From Schmidtea polychroa (Eukaryota): 64,000 nucleotides of DNA. A model generated the notes under the pieces. The model was not told the DNA's origin and searched no databases. It saw only the letters and a list, made by a program, of their open reading frames with translations. Below, piece by piece: positions 1 through 8,960 of the stretch (its first letter is position 1; each line of letters opens with the position of its first letter). The stretch spans positions 168,826,001 through 168,890,000 of the forward strand of contig CM097885.1 in the NCBI GenBank assembly GCA_044892525.1. Reading direction: 5' to 3'. Both the position numbers and the translations under genes were made by a program.

Positions 1-1737
1 AAATACGATAGGCAAAATTTTATTTATTTTCCTATTTACGTTACATGTGCTACAAGCTGCACCCAAGTATTTCCCCGTAAAATGATCGTGATCTCTAACA
101 GGATCGACGATAGATTTCATACAAAGATAACAAACAGATGCACTAACAAATTGACGTTGTTCAATTTTTGTTAATTTCATCATAGGTTTCCTACCCATTT
201 TATAATAAAAAGGAAGAACCTTATTTAATGCTATATCCTCTATAGCACTTAAAAAACTCTCGACGCAATCTAAACCTATGAACTGCTGATAAGATTTAGA
301 TCCGTCAAAGTTATTTACAAGTAAAAGACCAGCAGATATTGGCATGTGTCGTTGGAAATGATCATTATCAGAAGGTAAAATAGCCTCAAAATCTGCATAA
401 ACTACAAAAGGAGGAGTTACTGTTTTCGACCAGTCAGTAAACTGTAAGAATTTATTTTGAGGGAAAGTATAAAGAGTTGTTCCTAATTGATTACGTTTGC
501 ATAATATTTCATGTTTTTCTAGTGCGTTTCTATTATTAAACCCATTCAAACACCGATGGCACCATAATGAACGTATGCGTGTAGGACAAGTAGTGTTGAT
601 ACCACAATTCAATAACCTATTTAAATTGCTTATAGCAACGTAATGGAAATTGTTCCCTTTATTTAATAATAGTAAATTAATTACAGTTCCATTTAAAACT
701 TTGGAACGATGTATAATGTCTAAATGTGGGTGTTTTAAAACGTAATTATCTATTAATTGTTTGTTATTGTCATAAGAAAAAACGTTAATTATTAAACCAG
801 GATTTTTGGCCTCGAATTTTCTAATATCTTTTAATTTCATGGGTAAGTCCAATGGATTATATATTAATTCAGATAAATTATAACTGGATGTCCTATTTCT
901 AGCATAACTACTAACCTCATCATATTTTAAAATAGCTAAAATGCTATATAAAAAACATGAATCATCGGTGTTTTTTATATTAATTAAACAATATTTATTT
1001 TTTAGATAAGTAGGTAGTTCAATGAAACTTCTACCACTTAATCTACTTAGCCTACTTATCTTTGTTATGGTGAAGTGAATTTCTGTTATTTTTTTTATGA
1101 TCCAGCTACTTCCTAACTCTGTGATATTACTTATTTTCTCGTTTAGTTCCCTAATGCCTTCGTCAAAAAATGATGCAGTTAAAGGCTTTGCATAATTTGA
1201 GATATTATTAACCTTTATTTCCCCGTCTTTTTCAAATTCGATTGTTATTCCGAATTGAATTTTGACGGAGCCTAATTCGTTAATAATATCTCGTAATTTT
1301 TTTATTAGTTGTTCAGGAAATATTATTTCTTTTATATTTAAGTCGCTTGTATTTAAGCTTAATATTTGATGGGTACCTCTTAGATCTTTTTGTATTATTG
1401 GAACATTTCCACCTATTTGTATTATATTTAATCCATCCCAAGAGTCAAGGGAAATATTATCTAATCCGACCTGGGATTCAACAACCAATCCATCATGGGA
1501 TTCGACAACCAATCCATCATTGGATTCCACAAAAGGCAATCCGACCTGGGATTCAAAAGAAGAAGTATCTAATTTAATTTTTTTATTTTTATTATTTTTT
1601 TCTATAGTTGAGGGTCTTTTAAAAACACTATCTTTTTTAAAATTAAACCTATCTAAATGATTTTTATGTTTATTATAAAAAACGCTATATGTTACGGGGT
1701 CACTAGTCTTACATACGGGACATATTTTAAAACACAT
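1..1737 (-). CDS. Second, inverted copy of the pPolB gene (N-terminal 579 codons; runs off the window start)
   Basis: Mirror of 4080-5816 (coordinate sum 5817: CAT 1735-1737 mirrors ATG 4080-4082; ORF 1347-1577+ translates identically to 4240-4470-). Confidence 0.9.
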   Translation of the reverse strand, partial: MCFKICPVCKTSDPVTYSVFYNKHKNHLDRFNFKKDSVFKRPSTIEKNNKNKKIKLDTSSFESQVGLPFVESNDGLVVESHDGLVVESQVGLDNISLDSWDGLNIIQIGGNVPIIQKDLRGTHQILSLNTSDLNIKEIIFPEQLIKKLRDIINELGSVKIQFGITIEFEKDGEIKVNNISNYAKPLTASFFDEGIRELNEKISNITELGSSWIIKKITEIHFTITKISRLSRLSGRSFIELPTYLKNKYCLINIKNTDDSCFLYSILAILKYDEVSSYARNRTSSYNLSELIYNPLDLPMKLKDIRKFEAKNPGLIINVFSYDNNKQLIDNYVLKHPHLDIIHRSKVLNGTVINLLLLNKGNNFHYVAISNLNRLLNCGINTTCPTRIRSLWCHRCLNGFNNRNALEKHEILCKRNQLGTTLYTFPQNKFLQFTDWSKTVTPPFVVYADFEAILPSDNDHFQRHMPISAGLLLVNNFDGSKSYQQFIGLDCVESFLSAIEDIALNKVLPFYYKMGRKPMMKLTKIEQRQFVSASVCYLCMKSIVDPVRDHDHFTGKYLGAACSTCNVNRKINKILPIVF

Positions 1738-2177
1738 TTTGACGCTAAAGTTGACTTATTTAACATTTTCATAATAATTTAATAAAAATAATGTGATGAA
1801 CCCACAAAGTAATATCATTTTTCATCAAATTGCAAAACAGTAATAACGTTTTCATAAAATTGTAACAAAGTAATAACATATTTCAGATAAATTTTCAACA
1901 GTTGTAAAATATTTAAGCAAATTGTAACAAGATTAGAAAATATTACAACAAAGTAGTAACATATTTCAGAAAATTTCAACAAATTTGTAAAATATTTATC
2001 AAATTGTAACTAAAATAATAAAAATATTGCAACAAAGTAATAAAATAATAATGGTAATTAAGACAAATCAATACATTATTTCGAAGACGGACAACAAATT
2101 AAAAAGAATATTGTAACTAAAATAATAAAAATATTGCAACAAAGTAATAAAATAATACAACATTTTAAACTCTAGAT

Positions 2178-2590
2178 CAATCCATTTTATAGAAAATTAA
2201 ATTTTATCTATATAATATATGAATAAATATCCAAGGAAATTACGTTAACGTATAATAAATACAAATTTATCGTAAAAACATGTGTGTATTACACACAAAA
2301 CAAGATACATAATTTCTAATCAATCCATTTTATAGAAAATTAAATTTTATCTATATATTATATGAATAAAATCCTAAGAAAATTACGTTAACTGTATGAA
2401 AAATACAAATTTATCATAAAAACATGTGTGTATTACACACAACATACGAGACATAATTTTTAATCAAGCTATTTTATAGAAAATTAAATTTTATCTATAT
2501 AATATATGAATAAAAATCCAAGAAAATTACGTTAACCGCGCGAAAAACTACAAATTTATTGTAAAAACATGTGTGCATTACACACAAAGC
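2178..2590 (+). repeat. Tandem ~143-bp repeat, 3 units (starts 2178, 2321, 2465); mirror copy at ~3370-3640 has only 2 units
   Basis: Unit CAATCCATTTTATAGAAAATTAAATTTTATCTATATAA...TTACGTTAAC...AAAACATGTGTGTATTACACACA seen three times on the left and twice on the right. Confidence 0.9.
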
Positions 2591-2774
2591 ATCAAACTGA
2601 AATTGTAATTGCGCCATGTTGTAGAGAATTAAATTCTGCCTATACATTGTTACACTTAAATCTCGATCAGACATGTGAAAAGAGACATAAAAGAGAAAGA
2701 ACAGTAGAGTAGTATGATGTGGGCCATCCAGACCAGGTCACCGCCAGGCCACATATACCCTCTCCCCCCCCCCG

Positions 2775-3186
2775 TGTGTAAAATAATGTTAATAATAATA
2801 TTTATACATCAGTAGATAGATCTTGCACTAAGCTTCAAAATAAGCTATCCAATAATAAATTCGGATAATGGGAACGATAACTTTGGGGCAAACGAAAACC
2901 AGGTCACCGCTGGACCACTAATAATTATATGACCTTGAAAATGATTTTTGGTTAAATGTTAATAACTTTGTTAATATTAATGATGATGATACCTTCTATG
3001 GATCAATCGAAAGGTCTTAGACCGAGCTTTAAGATGAGGTATCGTTTAATAATATTTGTTGGCGGGAACTCTGTACATTTAAATTTTAAAATATGACCTT
3101 GAAAAATTAAATGATCACTTAATTAAAACAAAAAATTAAATTAAAAAATGACCTTGACCTTTTATTTTAAAAAAAAAAATTTTTCC
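2775..3186. promoter_or_regulatory. Unique spacer between divergent pPolB copies, with three TGACCTTGA (nuclear-receptor NR5A/ERR-type) motifs
   Basis: TGACCTTGA at 2930-2938, 3094-3102 and 3149-3157 (the last extends to TGACCTTGACCT); ACCAGGTCACCGC at 2732-2744 and 2898-2910. Regulatory function is inferred only. Confidence 0.4.
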
Positions 3187-4079
3187 CGGGGGGGAGGGGG
3201 GGGTATATGTGGTCTGGAGGGGACATGGTCTGGATGGCCCACATCATACTACTCTACTGTTCTTTCTCTTTTATGTCTCTTTTCACATGTCTGATCGAGA
3301 TTTAAGTGTAACAATGTATAGGCAGAATTTAATTCTCTACAACATGGCGCAATTACAATTTCAGTTTGATGCTTTGTGTGTAATGCACACATGTTTTTAC
3401 AATAAATTTGTAGTTTTTCGCGCGGTTAACGTAATTTTCTTGGATTTTTATTCATATATTATATAGATAAAATTTAATTTTCTATAAAATGGATTGATTA
3501 GAAATTATGTATCTTGTTTTGTGTGTAATACACACATGTTTTTACGATAAATTTGTATTTATTATACGTTAACGTAATTTCCTTGGATATTTATTCATAT
3601 ATTATATAGATAAAATTTAATTTTCTATAAAATGGATTGATCTAGAGTTTAAAATGTTGTATTATTTTATTACTTTGTTGCAATATTTTTATTATTTTAG
3701 TTACAATATTCTTTTTAATTTGTTGTCCGTCTTCGAAATAATGTATTGATTTGTCTTAATTACCATTATTATTTTATTACTTTGTTGCAATATTTTTATT
3801 ATTTTAGTTACAATTTGATAAATATTTTACAAATTTGTTGAAATTTTCTGAAATATGTTACTACTTTGTTGTAATATTTTCTAATCTTGTTACAATTTGC
3901 TTAAATATTTTACAACTGTTGAAAATTTATCTGAAATATGTTATTACTTTGTTACAATTTTATGAAAACGTTATTACTGTTTTGCAATTTGATGAAAAAT
4001 GATATTACTTTGTGGGTTCATCACATTATTTTTATTAAATTATTATGAAAATGTTAAATAAGTCAACTTTAGCGTCAAA

Positions 4080-7000
4080 ATGTGTTTTAAAATATGTCCC
4101 GTATGTAAGACTAGTGACCCCGTAACATATAGCGTTTTTTATAATAAACATAAAAATCATTTAGATAGGTTTAATTTTAAAAAAGATAGTGTTTTTAAAA
4201 GACCCTCAACTATAGAAAAAAATAATAAAAATAAAAAAATTAAATTAGATACTTCTTCTTTTGAATCCCAGGTCGGATTGCCTTTTGTGGAATCCAATGA
4301 TGGATTGGTTGTCGAATCCCATGATGGATTGGTTGTTGAATCCCAGGTCGGATTAGATAATATTTCCCTTGACTCTTGGGATGGATTAAATATAATACAA
4401 ATAGGTGGAAATGTTCCAATAATACAAAAAGATCTAAGAGGTACCCATCAAATATTAAGCTTAAATACAAGCGACTTAAATATAAAAGAAATAATATTTC
4501 CTGAACAACTAATAAAAAAATTACGAGATATTATTAACGAATTAGGCTCCGTCAAAATTCAATTCGGAATAACAATCGAATTTGAAAAAGACGGGGAAAT
4601 AAAGGTTAATAATATCTCAAATTATGCAAAGCCTTTAACTGCATCATTTTTTGACGAAGGCATTAGGGAACTAAACGAGAAAATAAGTAATATCACAGAG
4701 TTAGGAAGTAGCTGGATCATAAAAAAAATAACAGAAATTCACTTCACCATAACAAAGATAAGTAGGCTAAGTAGATTAAGTGGTAGAAGTTTCATTGAAC
4801 TACCTACTTATCTAAAAAATAAATATTGTTTAATTAATATAAAAAACACCGATGATTCATGTTTTTTATATAGCATTTTAGCTATTTTAAAATATGATGA
4901 GGTTAGTAGTTATGCTAGAAATAGGACATCCAGTTATAATTTATCTGAATTAATATATAATCCATTGGACTTACCCATGAAATTAAAAGATATTAGAAAA
5001 TTCGAGGCCAAAAATCCTGGTTTAATAATTAACGTTTTTTCTTATGACAATAACAAACAATTAATAGATAATTACGTTTTAAAACACCCACATTTAGACA
5101 TTATACATCGTTCCAAAGTTTTAAATGGAACTGTAATTAATTTACTATTATTAAATAAAGGGAACAATTTCCATTACGTTGCTATAAGCAATTTAAATAG
5201 GTTATTGAATTGTGGTATCAACACTACTTGTCCTACACGCATACGTTCATTATGGTGCCATCGGTGTTTGAATGGGTTTAATAATAGAAACGCACTAGAA
5301 AAACATGAAATATTATGCAAACGTAATCAATTAGGAACAACTCTTTATACTTTCCCTCAAAATAAATTCTTACAGTTTACTGACTGGTCGAAAACAGTAA
5401 CTCCTCCTTTTGTAGTTTATGCAGATTTTGAGGCTATTTTACCTTCTGATAATGATCATTTCCAACGACACATGCCAATATCTGCTGGTCTTTTACTTGT
5501 AAATAACTTTGACGGATCTAAATCTTATCAGCAGTTCATAGGTTTAGATTGCGTCGAGAGTTTTTTAAGTGCTATAGAGGATATAGCATTAAATAAGGTT
5601 CTTCCTTTTTATTATAAAATGGGTAGGAAACCTATGATGAAATTAACAAAAATTGAACAACGTCAATTTGTTAGTGCATCTGTTTGTTATCTTTGTATGA
5701 AATCTATCGTCGATCCTGTTAGAGATCACGATCATTTTACGGGGAAATACTTGGGTGCAGCTTGTAGCACATGTAACGTAAATAGGAAAATAAATAAAAT
5801 TTTGCCTATCGTATTTCACAACTTGAAGGGATACGATATGCACCATATACTTAAATATGGATTAAATAAATTTAAAAATTGGAATTTAGGGTGCATCCCA
5901 ATAACTACGGAAAAATTTATATCTTTGATTGCTCATTTAGGTAAAATTAGCCTAAGATTCATTGATTTGTATCAATTTGTCAATGATTCTTTGGCTAAAG
6001 CAGTCAAAACTTTGAATTCTTTGCCTTTTACTAATTCTGCTTTTTCTGGCACCATAGTAAGTGAAAAAGGAATCTTCCCTTATAATTTCGCCACTTCTTT
6101 AGATATTCTCCAAACTACTTATGAATTACCACCAATCTGGGAGGGTGTCACTGAGCTTGAGTATGAAAAAGCTCAGGAGATTTGGGTAGAAACTAATTGC
6201 GTAACTTTATTAGATTATATGATGATCTACCTAAAACTTGATTGTTTTCTTTTGGCTGATTTCTTTCATCAGTTTCGGTTGAAATCCATTGCTCACAATA
6301 GATTGGAACCATTGAATTATTTCGGAATTCCAGGCATGTCTTGGTCTTCTGCATTAATGTCTTTAAATGAACCAATTGAACTCATAACTGAAAACGAAAT
6401 GTTTAGCTTTTATGAGGGTGGAATAAGAGGCGGTCTTACTTTTGTGAATAAGCATTACGTAAAAACCGACGAGAACACTGAGTTACTATATATAGATATT
6501 AATAATCTTTATGGCTGGGCTTTAAGTCAATCATTACCTTGTGGCGAATTTTGTTGGGTTCTTGATGGATTTGATAAAATAATGGATGAATGTAGGAATT
6601 TAAATCTTGAATCTTTGTCTTATGGATACACACTTGAAGTTGATCTTGTAATTCCTTCTGAGCTTCATGATAAGTTGGATGATTTCCCTGTAGCTGCTGA
6701 AAAAATGAAACCTGCTGGGTCTAAGGTTGAAAAATTATTATTAACTCATCTTCCAAAATCTAATTATGTTATTCATTGGAGATTATTAAAATTATATTTG
6801 GAACTTGGTGTTAAAGTAACACGTGTAAATAGGGGTGTAAGATTTAAGCAATCACCAATTTTTAAAAAATATATAGATACAAATACTGAATTAAGATCAA
6901 AAAGCGTAAATAGCTTAGATAAAAATTATTATAAATTGCTAAATAATAGTTTATACGGCAAAACAGTTGAAAATTTAAAGAGAAGAATGAATCTTCGTCT

Positions 7001-7847
7001 TTGTACAACTGCCGGTAAATTAGTTAAATATTCGTCAAAACCAACTTTTAAAAAATCTATTAAAATAGCAGATAATTTAATTGCAGCACTATTGAATTCA
7101 GATTCTATATGTTTAGATAGACCGAGTTACATTGGTCAATCTGTACTTGATCTATCTAAACTTAGAATGTATGAATTGCAATATAAGGATCTGGAATCAA
7201 TTCGCAATGAGTTTAATTGTAAAATTAATATCGTTGCAGGTGATACAGATTCTTTTTTCCTCGAAGTCATTAACTGCAAACTTGAGGTTCTTTTACCTGC
7301 AATGGTTCGAGATAATTTATTGGATACTTCCAATTACAATAGTTGTCATTCCTTATATAGTAAGAACCTTGATTCAGTCATTGGAAAGTTCAAAGACGAG
7401 AATAAAGGTCTTAAATATAAGGAGTGGGTTTTTCTTAGACCTAAATGTTATAGCTTGTTGAGTGATGAGGAAACAAAAAAGGCTAAAGGTGTAACATTGA
7501 AAGGTAGTGACATAAAACATCAGTCATACCTGGATTGTTATAACACTAACCAGATTTTTTCGGTTCCTCAGACTAAAATAACAAGCAAAAATCATCAAAT
7601 TTTTACAATTAAAAACACAAAAATAGCACTAACTAACAAAGATGACAAAAGGGTTTGGGTGGGGAAAAATACTAGTCTTGCATATGGGCATGTAAGATTA
7701 AGTGAATTAAATATTGGAGAAAATGTTGGAGAAATTGTTGCAGAAAATGTTGGAGAAAATGATGGAGAAGATGAGGAAGAATTAAATGAAGATTTTGGAG
7801 AAGATGACATCGATATCGATGACGTTATTTTGTCCGATGAGGACTAA
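4080..7847 (+). CDS. Protein-primed family B DNA polymerase (Polinton/Maverick type) with C2HC zinc finger, HNH/EndoVII insertion and acidic tail, 1255 aa
   Basis: ExoI YADFE (D449/E451), ExoII HNLKGYD, ExoIII YLKLD, motif A DINNLYG (D806), long TPR1-like insert, motif B KLLNNSLYGK (K952), TPR2-like insert, motif C AGDTDS (D1055/D1057), RPKCY, KAKGV; intronless open frame. Confidence 0.95.
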   Translation: MCFKICPVCKTSDPVTYSVFYNKHKNHLDRFNFKKDSVFKRPSTIEKNNKNKKIKLDTSSFESQVGLPFVESNDGLVVESHDGLVVESQVGLDNISLDSWDGLNIIQIGGNVPIIQKDLRGTHQILSLNTSDLNIKEIIFPEQLIKKLRDIINELGSVKIQFGITIEFEKDGEIKVNNISNYAKPLTASFFDEGIRELNEKISNITELGSSWIIKKITEIHFTITKISRLSRLSGRSFIELPTYLKNKYCLINIKNTDDSCFLYSILAILKYDEVSSYARNRTSSYNLSELIYNPLDLPMKLKDIRKFEAKNPGLIINVFSYDNNKQLIDNYVLKHPHLDIIHRSKVLNGTVINLLLLNKGNNFHYVAISNLNRLLNCGINTTCPTRIRSLWCHRCLNGFNNRNALEKHEILCKRNQLGTTLYTFPQNKFLQFTDWSKTVTPPFVVYADFEAILPSDNDHFQRHMPISAGLLLVNNFDGSKSYQQFIGLDCVESFLSAIEDIALNKVLPFYYKMGRKPMMKLTKIEQRQFVSASVCYLCMKSIVDPVRDHDHFTGKYLGAACSTCNVNRKINKILPIVFHNLKGYDMHHILKYGLNKFKNWNLGCIPITTEKFISLIAHLGKISLRFIDLYQFVNDSLAKAVKTLNSLPFTNSAFSGTIVSEKGIFPYNFATSLDILQTTYELPPIWEGVTELEYEKAQEIWVETNCVTLLDYMMIYLKLDCFLLADFFHQFRLKSIAHNRLEPLNYFGIPGMSWSSALMSLNEPIELITENEMFSFYEGGIRGGLTFVNKHYVKTDENTELLYIDINNLYGWALSQSLPCGEFCWVLDGFDKIMDECRNLNLESLSYGYTLEVDLVIPSELHDKLDDFPVAAEKMKPAGSKVEKLLLTHLPKSNYVIHWRLLKLYLELGVKVTRVNRGVRFKQSPIFKKYIDTNTELRSKSVNSLDKNYYKLLNNSLYGKTVENLKRRMNLRLCTTAGKLVKYSSKPTFKKSIKIADNLIAALLNSDSICLDRPSYIGQSVLDLSKLRMYELQYKDLESIRNEFNCKINIVAGDTDSFFLEVINCKLEVLLPAMVRDNLLDTSNYNSCHSLYSKNLDSVIGKFKDENKGLKYKEWVFLRPKCYSLLSDEETKKAKGVTLKGSDIKHQSYLDCYNTNQIFSVPQTKITSKNHQIFTIKNTKIALTNKDDKRVWVGKNTSLAYGHVRLSELNIGENVGEIVAENVGENDGEDEEELNEDFGEDDIDIDDVILSDED

Positions 7848-8012
7848 TTTTATTGAATAAATTTTATATCTTTACATTTGTTATTTGGTAAATTTTTATG
7901 TTTGTTATGTGTCTAGTTCATTTTTATGTGTTTAGTTAATGTTTATATGTTTTGTTATGTGTCTAGTTATTTTTATGTGTTGTATAGTATTTGGTTGATA
8001 TATTATTAATAT

Positions 8013-8014
8013 TA

Positions 8015-8064
<50 letters not shown>
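8013..8064 (+). repeat. (ATT)n microsatellite
   Basis: Direct observation. Confidence 0.95.
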
Positions 8065-8065
8065 T

Positions 8066-8960
8066 CATAAAAATTTTCATTAAAAATTATCTTAAAAATT
8101 ATTCTATTAAAATTTCCATTAAAAATTACCATTGAAAATTATTCATAAAAATTTCTATTAAAAATTACTTAAAAAATAATTCATTAAAATTTCCATTAAA
8201 AAATTTCAATTCTCAAACACCTTCTATTTTTGTTAATAAATTTAAAAATCTTACTTTAATTTACTTATTACATTACTTTAATTTACTTATTTAAAAATTA
8301 TTACTTTAATTTTAAAATTTTTGACCTTAATTAACTTTAATTTAATTTTTAGAACCATAATTTACTTTAATTTTAAAATTTTTGACCATTATTTACTGTA
8401 ATTTAATTTTTAGAACCATAATTTACTTTAATTTTAAAATTTTTGACCATTATTTACTGTAATTTAATTTTTAGAACCATTATTTACTGTAATTTAAAAT
8501 ATTTGGACCATTATTTACTTTAATTTAATTTTTTAGAACCATTATTTACTTTAATTTAAAAATTTGGATCATAATTTACTTTAATTTAAATTTTAAGAAC
8601 CATAATTTACTTTAATTTAAAAATTTGGACCATAATTTACTGTAATTTAATTTTTTAGAACCATTATTTACTTTAATTGAAAAATCTTAGCCCATAATTT
8701 ACTTATTTAGACCATAATTTACTTTATTTCAAAAATAAATCTGAACCTTGATTTACTTAAATTTTTAGACCCATCATTTACTTTATTTTTAAATTTTAGA
8801 CCCATAATTTGCTTTATTTTAAAAATTTACTATGCGTTTTTTAATGTAAACCACCTTTTCTATTGAAATTCTCATGACCAAGAAGATCCCCTCACTATAG
8901 TGTGAAAAATCCATGCTTTTTATTGAAGACTACCTTTTTCTATTGAAATTCTCAGGACCA
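8066..8960 (+). repeat. Subterminal degenerate tandem arrays (~13 bp, then alternating ~30-bp GACCATAATTTACTTTAATTT units, then a ~45-bp duplication)
   Basis: Repeated ACCAT(A/T)ATTTACT(T/G)TAATTT units at 8310-8820; TTTTCTATTGAAATTCTCA(T/G)GACCAAG twice at ~8855 and ~8935. Confidence 0.85.

Larger units (their letters stand above)
1..5816. repeat. Large inverted repeat: arms 1-2735 and 3226-5816, imperfect inner IR 2736-2774/3187-3225, spacer 2775-3186
   Basis: Direct reading on both strands. Mirror sum is 5817 outside the 143-bp array and 5961 inside it, because the right arm lacks one 144-bp unit. Confidence 0.95.

Noticed and set aside
2178-2590. 143-bp repeats as a CRISPR-like array
   Set aside because: Whole units are repeated with no unique spacers, no cas genes, eukaryotic context.
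3209-3466. 85-aa ORF upstream of pPolB, and 76-aa ORFs 1347-1577 / 4240-4470
   Set aside because: No recognisable motif; they lie in repeat DNA or antisense to pPolB.
4080-7847. Host replicative Pol delta/alpha/zeta or a mitochondrial plasmid polymerase
   Set aside because: TPR1/TPR2-like inserts, HNH insertion, no introns and an AGT terminus fit a Polinton pPolB.
7932-8132. 66-aa poly-Ile ORF
   Set aside because: Translation of the (ATT)n microsatellite.
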